A stretch of DNA of 64,000 nt from Patescibacteria group bacterium (GCA_038065415.1 JBBTRA010000004.1:26092-90091); one strand, 5' to 3'. Positions 29,296-39,388 are shown, counted from the first letter of the stretch. A program made the numbers and translations. Notes: generated by a model not told the origin, from the sequence alone.

Positions 29296-31185
29296 TCAAG
29301 TGATCCGGAGAAGTGTCATCTCCTTTCGTGAGACCACATAGAGCCCGTCGGCCCCGACAATGAGGGAATCGTCGCTTGAGACGAAAGGTTCCGTATCCGG
29401 ATACCGTTTCGCTTCGGCGATAGTTGCCCCGTCATGCTTGACCTGGATTATTCCTTGGTCAGTAGCACAGAGAAGAACATTCCCTGTTGCACACTTACCA
29501 CGGATGGTCCCAAGCCAGCTGCCATCACCGTCTTCCGCCTGAGCATGTCCTTCGACAGCTCCGGTTGGGCGGACGACAACACAGTGATTTACTCGGCGAC
29601 CATTTTCCTGAGCGCTCCACAAGAACCACGCTCGGTCGCTTGAGAAGTAACAGGACGTATCGATGAGTTGACCCGGCATAGGCGGCAGCTTGACGCTGTC
29701 GTTCATACCGCTCCGTTTGGCGTCGAATACGAAGCCTGTTCGTATTCTGCCCGCCCAGTAAAAGCCAAACCCGAAGGCTGGCCCCACCCAGAACAAGGTC
29801 TGCCCCTGCAAGATGTCACCCATGTGCTCATGTCCCATATCGGCATCGCGCAGGATCTGTCCGTTGCGGCCGAAGTAGTAATGAGACTGATTGCTGTCTA
29901 CCAATGAATGCGTGCCGTTCATATCGATGGTGAGGCGCTCTTTTTGTTTCGCCCCATCAAAAATGATGGCTGTCGCTTCCTTGGCTATGATAGTCCGATC
30001 ACCGGAGATCCGGCATCGAACTCGTGCGTCGAGCGCTCCCGTTAAGACGACCGTGCCATCTTCGCGACGATATTGATTGTTGTCATGTTCCAGATAGCGG
30101 AGTGATCCACCCTGAAACACGGCCGCAAGTATTACGCCCCGATTCATGTACACTTTTGTCGCTTTCACAGTTCCTCGTATCTCCACACTTTGTTTGACTA
30201 CGCCGATAGCTCCCGGCTGACATACCGGACAAGCGAACCGCGCGTGCTCCAGAGAGCACTTCGGACACACTTGCCAGTTAAGGCCATCGAGGAGACGCCG
30301 TGGGAATTCCCCGCGTTCATCTTTCTTGAAGACCCTGTGGAATTGCTGCAGGAGATCATCCGGGAGGATGCTCCAGTGCACTGCCGGCTTCGGATAGCGC
30401 ACTTCGGGATCGAAGACGGTTATCCGATGCAACGAACGAGCATCATGATTAACTCGATCCTTGGCGGCTTTGGGAATGTAAACACCCCCATATGGGCCGA
30501 CAAAGAGTAGAGACTGCATGAGGAGCGCCGCGAATGCATACCAATCAGAATTCTCGTTGTGAGGCTTCACCAGTAACGGTGAATCCCCTTTCGGATCGCA
30601 CAACGTCGGGTCCACGAATTTCTGCGTGAACACCGTACAGAAGAAGCGGCCGAATTGCATGGAATCCGCATCAATGAGGTGTATGGCATCGCCTTTCACA
30701 AGACCGTTGAGGTCGTTGAAGTCGCCGATGACCACTCCCGCACGATGTATGCCACCGACGGTCGCATGCAGGTCTTTGAAACCCGCAACAACAGTTGGTG
30801 TGGGGAAACCCTTGAGACGGGAATCTTTTTGACTGTACCGTATCATCAGTTCCGCCCCGGGCACGAAGTTCATCGTGTACCCGCAGATCGAACCTACACC
30901 AGGCCCGGACGCTACGGTCGCGAGCTCGACAGGAGTTACGACACGCGCAGGCAAACCTTTGGGAAACGCAGGCAGCTTCTGTTGATGCTGCTTGAGCCTC
31001 ATTTCGGCACCTTTGCGTTCGCGTTTGAGTTCGGGCGAGTCGCCCGCATAGTCAGGATGATCTGGAGTCTTGAACAGCTTCAGTATAAGACCGCTGCCCA
31101 AATCCAGAATATCGGCTTCTCCCCCTTTGCCAATGGCTTTGAGGGAACCGACGCGAACTTTCCGTTTACCAATCATGATATCCAT
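29296..31185 (-). CDS. Ser/Thr protein kinase (YegI-like) with Zn ribbon and C-terminal beta-rich domain
   Basis: IGKGGEA, LKLFK, IGDFNDLN, LIDADS and DWYAFA motifs; CPKC...CPVC. Confidence 0.85.
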   Translation of the reverse strand: MDIMIGKRKVRVGSLKAIGKGGEADILDLGSGLILKLFKTPDHPDYAGDSPELKRERKGAEMRLKQHQQKLPAFPKGLPARVVTPVELATVASGPGVGSICGYTMNFVPGAELMIRYSQKDSRLKGFPTPTVVAGFKDLHATVGGIHRAGVVIGDFNDLNGLVKGDAIHLIDADSMQFGRFFCTVFTQKFVDPTLCDPKGDSPLLVKPHNENSDWYAFAALLMQSLLFVGPYGGVYIPKAAKDRVNHDARSLHRITVFDPEVRYPKPAVHWSILPDDLLQQFHRVFKKDERGEFPRRLLDGLNWQVCPKCSLEHARFACPVCQPGAIGVVKQSVEIRGTVKATKVYMNRGVILAAVFQGGSLRYLEHDNNQYRREDGTVVLTGALDARVRCRISGDRTIIAKEATAIIFDGAKQKERLTIDMNGTHSLVDSNQSHYYFGRNGQILRDADMGHEHMGDILQGQTLFWVGPAFGFGFYWAGRIRTGFVFDAKRSGMNDSVKLPPMPGQLIDTSCYFSSDRAWFLWSAQENGRRVNHCVVVRPTGAVEGHAQAEDGDGSWLGTIRGKCATGNVLLCATDQGIIQVKHDGATIAEAKRYPDTEPFVSSDDSLIVGADGLYVVSRKEMTLLRIT

Positions 31186-31187
31186 GG

Positions 31188-32036
31188 TTAGGCCTTTGGT
31201 TGAGGACGACGGCGGACAACGACCAGGGTCGTATCATCCGTGAGTCGTCCATGTTCTTCAGTTGTTTCCCGCGCCTTCCAATCTGTCTGGCAGGCACTGT
31301 TATTGATGAGGTTGAGGCGTCGACGGATACCTTCGGGATTCTTGAAGTATCGGTCATCTACCCAAAATTGGGACAGCGGACCCACAAGCTCCTTTCTCCC
31401 AGGCAACGTCTTACTCGCGGCGCGATCAAGATCACCTACGCCATCAGTGCCGATGAGGGCACTGGTAAGCTCAGCAGTTGGTATCGTTTTGTGAACGGTA
31501 AACCGTACGAGTTCCGGACTGATGGTGCTTTTGAGTAGGCCACCATACGCAAGGTACGGCGGCTTATTTTCCGGGAAGGGTCCTATCTGGACAACTTCCC
31601 CGTTGATCGCATAGATCCCATCTCCAATACCAATCACGTAGGTCGTCACCGGAGTGACAACGAGCGCAAGAAGTGTGAAGAGGAAGTGATCCAGCACCGC
31701 CTTGGCGCGTGAACCTCGTTCCATCTCCATAGCTAGCGGTTGGAGAGACAACAGCAGAGACATCCTGAGACCTTCGAGAAGGTCATCAAGGACGGCAGGA
31801 GTGACTGTCTGACCAGTAGCGAAAATTTGTGCCAAACGATTTACCGTAAGATGTGCTGTCAGCCGAGCACCAAGCTCGCTGTATGCACCCTCACCGCAGC
31901 CGTCCGACACAACCGCAATGGTACAATCACCCTCTTCTCGCACCACGAGGGCGTCCTGGTTGTTTTTCCATACGAACTGTTGTCGATGGTCAGTCCCCAT
32001 GATGGAGCCTGCCGCCGATTCAAACTGGTTTCCCAT
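31188..32036 (-). CDS. PP2C-like protein phosphatase (YegK/PphC-like)
   Basis: G..H, NQD, VSDGCG, IGDG, TDG and DDTT motifs. Confidence 0.87.
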   Translation of the reverse strand: MGNQFESAAGSIMGTDHRQQFVWKNNQDALVVREEGDCTIAVVSDGCGEGAYSELGARLTAHLTVNRLAQIFATGQTVTPAVLDDLLEGLRMSLLLSLQPLAMEMERGSRAKAVLDHFLFTLLALVVTPVTTYVIGIGDGIYAINGEVVQIGPFPENKPPYLAYGGLLKSTISPELVRFTVHKTIPTAELTSALIGTDGVGDLDRAASKTLPGRKELVGPLSQFWVDDRYFKNPEGIRRRLNLINNSACQTDWKARETTEEHGRLTDDTTLVVVRRRPQPKA

Positions 32037-32140
32037 GAGATGTCCTTTCTAGTTGTGTTGTTTTATTACTATGAGATTGTCAAAAATCCCTTTTCTAATC
32101 GAGCTTTTTGCCTGCTGGCATGGGCCCAAAACCAAATATG

Positions 32141-32205
32141 AAGCTATCACGAAATGCAAGAAATGTCAAATACTTTCTTGACACCGCCAACATACATGAT
32201 ATGCT
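32141..32205. promoter_or_regulatory. Back-to-back sigma70 promoters for the PP2C operon (-) and nrtR (+)
   Basis: Minus strand TTGACA-N17-TAGCTT; plus strand TTGACA (32178)-N16-TATGCT. Confidence 0.65.
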
Positions 32206-32210
32206 CTACT

Positions 32211-32229
32211 TAGTGTTCTAAATACACTA
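32211..32229. promoter_or_regulatory. Putative NrtR operator
   Basis: Palindrome TAGTGT-N7-ACACTA with the GT-N7-AC core characteristic of NrtR sites; just downstream of the nrtR -10. Confidence 0.75.
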
Positions 32230-32317
32230 TATACCAACCCGGTTTCTGATGCAAGTCTTTGAATAGCCTCTCCCCTGATTTGGTATATGCTTCCCTTTAC
32301 TCTACAATTAACCTTAT

Positions 32318-33001
32318 ATGCCTGAGAAAAATATCCAAAAAGAATATTTCAATCCCGGAGTGACGGTGGATATCGCTATATTCACCATAGAGGACGGCGC
32401 ACTCAAGATGCTCGTCGTCAACAGAGCCCATGAGCCATTCAAGGGCGCCCCTGCCCTACCCGGAGGATTCATCCACGAAGGCGAAACATCTCGAGATACC
32501 GCCCTCCGCGTACTTGCAGACAAAGCGGGGGTGAGCGGAGTGTATGTGGAGCAACTCTTTACCTTCGATGCACTTGATCGTGACCCGCGCGGACAAATCA
32601 TGTCCGTAGCATATTTTGCACTTGTCCCCCGTGATCAGATTCACATTCATACCGAAGCAGCAACAGAGAATCCTTCCCTCATTACTATCAGCGCTCTCCC
32701 AAAGCTCGCCTTTGACCATCAGTCGATCGCCTCATATGCACTCAAGCGTGTACAAGACAAGATCCAGTACACGAATATCGCGTATTCACTTCTGCCAAAA
32801 TCATTTTCACTCTCCCAACTTCAGTCGGTCTATGAGACTGTTCTCGGTAAGAAGCTGGACAAACGCAATTTCCGCAAAAAATTCTTGCAGCTCGATCTGA
32901 TCCGCGCTACCAAGAAGAAGTCTTCTGGTGGAAGACAGCGCCCTGCCCTACTCTATAAGTTCATGAAAACGATGCCATCGGAGCTTAGGAGGTTCTTCTA
33001 A
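32318..33001 (+). CDS. nrtR: NrtR transcriptional regulator (degenerate Nudix plus wHTH)
   Basis: LPGGF, Nudix box lacking catalytic Glu residues (RVLADKAG), RDPRG, LAFDH, LQ.VYE, DKRNFRKK and RPA motifs. Confidence 0.9.
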   Translation: MPEKNIQKEYFNPGVTVDIAIFTIEDGALKMLVVNRAHEPFKGAPALPGGFIHEGETSRDTALRVLADKAGVSGVYVEQLFTFDALDRDPRGQIMSVAYFALVPRDQIHIHTEAATENPSLITISALPKLAFDHQSIASYALKRVQDKIQYTNIAYSLLPKSFSLSQLQSVYETVLGKKLDKRNFRKKFLQLDLIRATKKKSSGGRQRPALLYKFMKTMPSELRRFF

Positions 33002-33022
33002 AAAATTATCTTTCAATGCAGT

Positions 33023-33058
33023 AAAAAGAGCGCCTGAGAAATTTCTCAGACGCTCTTT
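33023..33058. terminator. Terminator between nrtR and the NDT-like gene
   Basis: AAAGAGCG.CTGAGAA/TTCTCAG.CGCTCTTT stem. Confidence 0.75.
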
Positions 33059-33071
33059 GGCTTGACCGAAA

Positions 33072-33500
33072 TCAAACCAAGTTGGTAGCAAGCCATTCTT
33101 CGGCCTCGGCCAACGTGGCAAAGATCAGCGCCCCCGGAAAGCGTGCCTTCAAGTCTTTGCACGCCTTGATGTTGGCCTTCTCGACATGCTTGGGCATGCC
33201 GGTCGTATCGAAAACGACAACCGTCCGCTCGGAATGATCATACAGACCCATCGTCGCCTCGAGCAACGAGTAGAAGCTGCAACGATTATCGGCTTGGCCC
33301 GGATCCCCCAAGTAAAACAAGTTGAAGGCAGCATCTTTCTTCGCCTGATCTTCGCGCTGTTGTGCTGCTTCATTCCAGTCAGGGACCACGGGGTTGAACA
33401 GGCTATCTGCAGAAACACCGCGAGCAGTCAACCGAGCGATCAATCCATCACGCCAATTGTTGTTTCCGCATGTTCCGCCAAGGAATACGATCTTAGTCAT
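33072..33500 (-). CDS. Nucleoside 2-deoxyribosyltransferase-like protein
   Basis: VFLGGTC...WR, FNP...DW and SLLE motifs (Nuc_deoxyri_tr2-like). Confidence 0.75.
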   Translation of the reverse strand: MTKIVFLGGTCGNNNWRDGLIARLTARGVSADSLFNPVVPDWNEAAQQREDQAKKDAAFNLFYLGDPGQADNRCSFYSLLEATMGLYDHSERTVVVFDTTGMPKHVEKANIKACKDLKARFPGALIFATLAEAEEWLATNLV

Positions 33501-33717
33501 AGGTATGTTATTTTTGTGTTCTAGCCAACACGCGAGTGTTCTACATGAGCACCCTCGTATTGTATCGGTTCAATTTGAATAATAGCATACATAATATTAT
33601 TTGTCAATATACTCTATTTGACATATCACACATAATAGTGTATAAGTAGCATCAGCAAAAAGGCCCTGATTTACAGGGAAAACCGAACATTGAGAACCAC
33701 ACAAAGGAACACATATA

Positions 33718-35670
33718 ATGAGACCAACCACAAGAAGAAAGACCTTCGGATTTGTCCGTGTCGCAGCAGTATCCCCCGCTTGCAAAGTGGCAGGAGTCGA
33801 ATATAACCACGAAGAAATCAAGAGGATGGCATCGCTGGCCTGCCTACAAGGCGCTCAGCTCATCGTCATGCCCGAACTCTGCATCACTGGCTATAGCATC
33901 CGTGATCTGGTCAACCAAGACCTCCTGCTCCGCAAGGCACAGGAGAGTCTAGAAGAACTCCTCATTTGGTCGCATGAACTGAATGCCGTGCTCGTCGTCG
34001 GACTCCCCATGGAGATCGACGGCATGCTCGTCAATATTACTGCGGTTATAGACCGCGGTTATCTGCTCGGCCTCGTCCCAAAATCGTATCTGCCCGAGTC
34101 GGGTGAATTCGAAGAGGGGCGCTGGTATCGGCCAGGCCATGACCTGCTCTCGAGTGAAATCCAGATCATGGGCAAAACGATCCCTGTCGGCGTGAACATG
34201 TTGTTCAAATCAAAGACGCTCAAGGGAGCAACGTTCGCCATCGAGACCTGTGAAGATGCTTGGGTAACAATCCCTCCGGGAGCGTTCCACGCCCTCGCAG
34301 GAGCGACGATCATCGTCAACCCATCGGCCTCTAACGAGCTCGTCGGAAAGGCGGAGTATCGTCGCGATCTGGTACGCATGCATTCTGCTACACGCATCTG
34401 CGGCTACATTTATGCCTCGTGCGGACCCGGCGAATCGACCACTGATGTGGTGTTCGGCGGACACTGTCTGATCGCAGAAAACAACATCGTGCTACAGGAA
34501 TCTGAGCTATTCCAGAAAGATGGAACGTTCATCCTGGCAGACTTCGACACTCAGAAGCTCATGCATGATCGCATGGTCTCCAAGAGCTTCGGCGAAAACA
34601 CCAGGGTGGTCAAAGGTATTCCATACCGGAAAATCGCAGTCACCCTGGAATCCTGTTTGCCTGAAAACTTGCTGCTGCGTCCGATCAACATCCATCCGTT
34701 CACTTCGGAGAAACCGGAGAAGCAGAAGGAGATCTGTGAGATCGTGTTCAGCATCCAGGTGCATGGTCTCATCAAACGACTGGAGCATAGCGGCCTCAAG
34801 AAAGTTGTCCTCGGGCTCTCGGGAGGCAAAGACTCACTGCTGGCCTATCTGGTCTGCATCAAAGCATTCAAGGCATTGAATTGGCCTCTCAGCGATATCC
34901 ATGCCATCAGCATGCCTGGTCCCGGAACCTCGAAAGAGACTCGTGACCTGGCGAAGCAACTGGGGTCGGCGACCTCCTTTGAGGAGATCGACATCACAGA
35001 AGCAACAATGCTGACCTTGAAAAACATCGGCCACGATGGAAAGACACAAGATGTCACCTACGAGAATGCTCAGGCTGGCAATCGAACGTTGACCTTATTT
35101 CGAAAAGGAAATCAGATCGGTGCGCTCGTCATCGGCACCGGTGACCTCTCGGAGATCGCCAATGGGTTCTGCACTTTCGGTGCAGATCATCTCTCGACCT
35201 ATAACGTGAATTGCGGAGTCCCCAAAGGCCTCGTGAAATACGTTCTCGGGTATGCGGCGCACACATTCGAAGGACCCACATCCATGCGCACAGCTATCGC
35301 CGGCGTCCTCAACCTCGTGGATTCGCCTGAGCTGACCCACAGTACGCCAGGCACCATCAGTCAGGTGACTGAAGACAAGGTTGGCCCGTACGAGCTTGCA
35401 GAGTTCTTTCTCTACGAGTTCGTGCGCTGGGGCAGCGAGCCTCAGAAGATTCTGTACCTGGCAGAGATGGGCTTCGGACAATACTACAAACCTGAGTTCA
35501 TCAAGAAGTGGCTCATCTCCTTCTACAAACGGTTCTTCGGCAATCAGTGGAAACGCTCGGTTGCGACAGATGGACCACAGGTCGGCTCGATATCTCTCTC
35601 CCCTCGTGGCAAGTGGCGCATGCCATCTGACGCAGAGGTGAGCATGTGGTTGGCAGAGTTGGAAGATTGA
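33718..35670 (+). CDS. nadE: Glutamine-dependent NAD+ synthetase
   Basis: Nitrilase triad PEL/PKSYLP/TCED; synthetase GLSGGKDS, GTGDLSE and SLSPRGKWRMPSD motifs. Confidence 0.95.
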   Translation: MRPTTRRKTFGFVRVAAVSPACKVAGVEYNHEEIKRMASLACLQGAQLIVMPELCITGYSIRDLVNQDLLLRKAQESLEELLIWSHELNAVLVVGLPMEIDGMLVNITAVIDRGYLLGLVPKSYLPESGEFEEGRWYRPGHDLLSSEIQIMGKTIPVGVNMLFKSKTLKGATFAIETCEDAWVTIPPGAFHALAGATIIVNPSASNELVGKAEYRRDLVRMHSATRICGYIYASCGPGESTTDVVFGGHCLIAENNIVLQESELFQKDGTFILADFDTQKLMHDRMVSKSFGENTRVVKGIPYRKIAVTLESCLPENLLLRPINIHPFTSEKPEKQKEICEIVFSIQVHGLIKRLEHSGLKKVVLGLSGGKDSLLAYLVCIKAFKALNWPLSDIHAISMPGPGTSKETRDLAKQLGSATSFEEIDITEATMLTLKNIGHDGKTQDVTYENAQAGNRTLTLFRKGNQIGALVIGTGDLSEIANGFCTFGADHLSTYNVNCGVPKGLVKYVLGYAAHTFEGPTSMRTAIAGVLNLVDSPELTHSTPGTISQVTEDKVGPYELAEFFLYEFVRWGSEPQKILYLAEMGFGQYYKPEFIKKWLISFYKRFFGNQWKRSVATDGPQVGSISLSPRGKWRMPSDAEVSMWLAELED

Positions 35671-35810
35671 TCCTTATAGTCACGGCGCGGAATTCCCATT
35701 CCGCGCCTTTTTAATACATATATTGACATATCTATATTATATGTTAATATATTTTTTAGCAGTAACGATACATTTGAACACTGACAATCAACTACAACGC
35801 AAAGGAAACT

Positions 35811-37088
35811 ATGCAAACCCATGTACGGCTCCGGCCGCACTTCCCTGACGAACCAATCATCCATAGCCTGACGGATACGGACTTCTACAAGTTCCCCATG
35901 GGACAGTTCATATTCAACTACTTCAGGTATGCGAAGGTGACCTTCGGTCTCAAGAACCGTACCCTCACGATTCCGCTCGCGCGGATCATCCCCGAGGCGC
36001 AATTGCGCGAAGAGCTCGACCATGTGCGCACACTGCGGTTCAACAATACCGAGCTCCATTACCTCCGCGGGACCTGGGAATACCAGGAGCGGATGTTCCT
36101 CGAGCCCTATCTCGCCTACCTGAAGGAATATGCTCCGCCCGAATACGAACTGGAGTATCGCGGGGATGACATCATCCTCACCTTCTCTGGCGACTGGTGC
36201 GACTCGTCGCCCTGGGAGATCTACGGGCTTGAGATCATCAATGAACTCTACTTCCGCAACATGCTCAAAGGCTACACGGCATTCAACAAGGATGTCGTTC
36301 TCGCCGAAGGCAAGAAACGGCTCGCGGAGAAGATCAAGATCCTCAAGCAGAATCCTCAGATCACGTTCAGCGAATTCGGCACCCGGCGGCGCTTCAGTCG
36401 CGACTGGCAGGAATATGTGGTCGCAGCGCTCGCAGAAGAGCTCCCTCCGGAGCAATTCCGCGGCACTTCGAACACCTTCCTCGCGCAGAAATATGGACTG
36501 CTCCCGATGGGTACCAACGCCCACGAGTTGCAGATGGTGATCGCCGGGCTCATGCAGGCGACTGACCGACTGCTTCTCGATTCGCAGAACTACATGCTCG
36601 AGACCTGGTGGCGCCAATATGGCGAGCCTCTATCCATATTCCTTCCCGATACCTTCGGGACAGAATCGTTCCTCAAGATCATCTCGCCTGAGATGCTGCG
36701 GACCTGGAAAGGCTTCCGTCAGGATTCGGGCGATCCGATCGCCGAAGGCGAGCAGTGGATCAGGGCATACGAAGCCATCAAGGTCGAGCCGCGCAAGAAG
36801 ATGATGGTCCCGAGCGACGGCCTCGAGCTCGAGACTATGCTCAAGATCGAAAAGCACTTCCGCGGGCGCCTTATGACCAGCTTCGGCTGGGGCACAAACC
36901 TGACCAATGATCTGGGCCTCAAGCCTCTATCACTGGTCATCAAGGCCCAGAGCGTCAACGGAATCGGCCTGGTCAAGCTCTCGAACAACCCGGCCAAAGC
37001 AATGGGCAAGAAGGAGGACGTTGAACGCTACATGCGCGTCTTCGGATATCAGAATACCGAGCACGCCCAAACGGCCTGCAAGTACTGA
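35811..37088 (+). CDS. pncB: Nicotinate phosphoribosyltransferase
   Basis: DTDFYK, EFGTRRR, GTNAHE, RQDSGDP, SDGL and FGWGTNLTND motifs. Confidence 0.95.
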   Translation: MQTHVRLRPHFPDEPIIHSLTDTDFYKFPMGQFIFNYFRYAKVTFGLKNRTLTIPLARIIPEAQLREELDHVRTLRFNNTELHYLRGTWEYQERMFLEPYLAYLKEYAPPEYELEYRGDDIILTFSGDWCDSSPWEIYGLEIINELYFRNMLKGYTAFNKDVVLAEGKKRLAEKIKILKQNPQITFSEFGTRRRFSRDWQEYVVAALAEELPPEQFRGTSNTFLAQKYGLLPMGTNAHELQMVIAGLMQATDRLLLDSQNYMLETWWRQYGEPLSIFLPDTFGTESFLKIISPEMLRTWKGFRQDSGDPIAEGEQWIRAYEAIKVEPRKKMMVPSDGLELETMLKIEKHFRGRLMTSFGWGTNLTNDLGLKPLSLVIKAQSVNGIGLVKLSNNPAKAMGKKEDVERYMRVFGYQNTEHAQTACKY

Positions 37089-37222
37089 TTGATCGAACAC
37101 TACACGACGGACATTCACATGTCCGTCTTTTTAATGCCTAGAATGAGCAGCCCAGGTATTGACATACTGAATATTATGTAGTAGTATCATTTTAGGTAAA
37201 ACCCTGCACACTGAAAGGAACC

Positions 37223-37738
37223 ATGACCCCAGAGATACTCCTCGGATCGAACAGTATCCACAAGCTCGAAGCGGTACGCAAAGCCTGTAAACAGGTCGGT
37301 CTAGAGACAACCGTCACTGGACTGAAGACTGCATCGGGACAGAACGAACAACCAGTCGGATGGGATGAGACGTACGCAGGCGCATTCGCACGGGCTTCTG
37401 CCGCACAAAAAGCGGACCCCGAAGCCATCGCCATCGGCATTGAAAGTGGCATCATGCGCTTCAACGAAAAAATGCCGATCACGCTCGACATCGCGATCAT
37501 CGTCATCCTGACACCCGACTGTCGAGAGATAGTGAGCTCATCTCCTGGCATACGCTTCCCCGAAGAATGCGTGCTCACAGCCCAAACACGTGGCTTCGAC
37601 AAATGCACCGTGGGATCAGTGATTCAAGAACGCTTCGGCGGAGACGCTACTGATCCTCACTGGATACTGAGCAATGGAAAAGTGCGTCGCGAGGCAACTC
37701 TCGTGAATGCCTTGGAAATAGCCCTCCATCAAATCTGA
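37223..37738 (+). CDS. Inosine/xanthosine triphosphatase (YjjX/DUF84-like)
   Basis: GS....K..AV, SG..EQP.G..ET..GA..RA and GIESG motifs. Confidence 0.85.
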   Translation: MTPEILLGSNSIHKLEAVRKACKQVGLETTVTGLKTASGQNEQPVGWDETYAGAFARASAAQKADPEAIAIGIESGIMRFNEKMPITLDIAIIVILTPDCREIVSSSPGIRFPEECVLTAQTRGFDKCTVGSVIQERFGGDATDPHWILSNGKVRREATLVNALEIALHQI

Positions 37739-37776
37739 TCAAGTAAGAAGCCCCAACCATTCGGTTGGGGCTGTTT

Positions 37777-38271
37777 TTATTTTTGAGCACGTCCCGCGAG
37801 ACTGGCGATAATAGCCGATGTCGACGAGTGATCGATCTGATCGTGGAGGATCATGACCTTCTTCGCATGCTTCTTGCCAACAATGTCCGCCTCTTTACCC
37901 ATGAATGCGTCATTCTTGAAGATGACGTCGGGCTTGAAGATCTTGGCGGCCTTGCCGAAGTCGTCCAAGCCATTCATGACGAAAGCGAATGTAACCGGTC
38001 TGAGCGCATCCACCATGATGACCCGGTGGAAATCTGGCACGATAGGCCTGGTCGGGCCCTTGATCTGTCGAACCAGTTCGTCGGAATCGACCCCCACGAT
38101 GAGAATGTCACAATTCTGTCGGCAGCGGATGAAAAAGCTGAAATGGTAGAAGTGCACCAGATCGAAACATCCCGAGGCAAGACCGACGGTGATCTTCCCC
38201 TTCTTTCTCAGGGCAGCGATGCGATCCTGCACGACTTCGACAGTGTCGGGTACGTTGATATTGAAGACCAT
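37777..38271 (-). CDS. Cytidylyltransferase-like nucleotidyltransferase (RfaE C-terminal/TagD/RibL class)
   Basis: GCFDLVHFYH, LIVGVDSD, KGPTRP and SST motifs. Confidence 0.8.
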   Translation of the reverse strand: MVFNINVPDTVEVVQDRIAALRKKGKITVGLASGCFDLVHFYHFSFFIRCRQNCDILIVGVDSDELVRQIKGPTRPIVPDFHRVIMVDALRPVTFAFVMNGLDDFGKAAKIFKPDVIFKNDAFMGKEADIVGKKHAKKVMILHDQIDHSSTSAIIASLAGRAQK

Positions 38272-38473
38272 ATTCGAATTTCCTTTTGGTTGTGCTGTTA
38301 TTCCTCTTTTACAATAAAGCTAATTTATACACTACTATGATATTTATCATATGTCAATACCATGTCTGAACCCACTCCCCAGGATATTGACATAACCTAT
38401 ATTTTGTAGTAGGGTCTCTATCAGTTCATGCGGCCCAAAACAACAGCCGACTTCGGTTCATTTACAGCAACAT

Positions 38474-39388
38474 ATGAAAAAAACTCACTTAGTCACCCAT
38501 ACTCAGCATGCTCGCCATCTCATGGGAAACAGCCTCGGCCTCGCCGAATTGCTTCCTGCCGGGACGCGCATCGTGAAGCCAACGCCCAACAAGGAAGGTA
38601 AGTTCAACTTCCCCGACGGAGAGATCTATCTCCGACTGCCACACCTCAAGGATGTCGGGAACATCACGATCGTGCACAGCGGGTATCCCAATCCCAATGA
38701 CGGCCTGATCGAGCTCTACATGATGCTCGACATCATCAGGGGACACAAAAACGCATTGGGGAAAATTCACATCGTATTCGCCTCGTTCCCGTACGCCCGA
38801 CAAGACAACAGCTACTATGACGGCGAATTGAACGCAGCGCGCGAGCTCCTTCGCACGCTCATAGACAAAGGTGCGAGTTCGTTCAGTGTCATCGATGCTC
38901 ATTTCGCAGGCGAATCCTGGACACGGAGCTTGCCCATCGAAAACGTCAGCATGACGGAAAATCTCATGCAATACGCTCAACTCTCCCATCCAGGAATAGT
39001 GTTCATGACGCCTGACGCTGGATCGAGGCGCCGTACCAGGATCAAGTCGGGAACGACCAAGACGCGGACCAACTCGTTCGAAGTCGAAGTCAAAAGCGAC
39101 GACATGTTCCGCGACCAAGTCAGTGGCAAGATCGTCGCCGTAGTCGACGATCTCCTGAGCACCGGCATGACGCTGCAGCGCTTCCTCACAGAAGCGAAGC
39201 GAAGCGGCGCCAAGAAGGTGGCGGCGCTCGTCACCCACGGGGTCAATCCGGCCGGCATCGAGCTGACCAAGTCAACATTCGACGGCGGACTCTTCATGAC
39301 GAACACCATCGATCGCCCTGAAGCGAACATAGACGCCACCCAGACTGTCTGGGGGCTCATCCAAAAGGACGTCCTGCATGCACACTAA
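38474..39388 (+). CDS. prs: Ribose-phosphate pyrophosphokinase family protein
   Basis: FPDGE, PYARQD, DAH, PDAG, VDDLLSTG.T and THG motifs. Confidence 0.87.
   Translation: MKKTHLVTHTQHARHLMGNSLGLAELLPAGTRIVKPTPNKEGKFNFPDGEIYLRLPHLKDVGNITIVHSGYPNPNDGLIELYMMLDIIRGHKNALGKIHIVFASFPYARQDNSYYDGELNAARELLRTLIDKGASSFSVIDAHFAGESWTRSLPIENVSMTENLMQYAQLSHPGIVFMTPDAGSRRRTRIKSGTTKTRTNSFEVEVKSDDMFRDQVSGKIVAVVDDLLSTGMTLQRFLTEAKRSGAKKVAALVTHGVNPAGIELTKSTFDGGLFMTNTIDRPEANIDATQTVWGLIQKDVLHAH

Noticed and set aside
35811-39388. Phage NARP1 (Adps plus Namat) pathway
   Set aside because: The phosphoribosyltransferase has classical PncB motifs, is not adjacent to prs, and NadE plus a nicotinamidase indicate the deamidated route.
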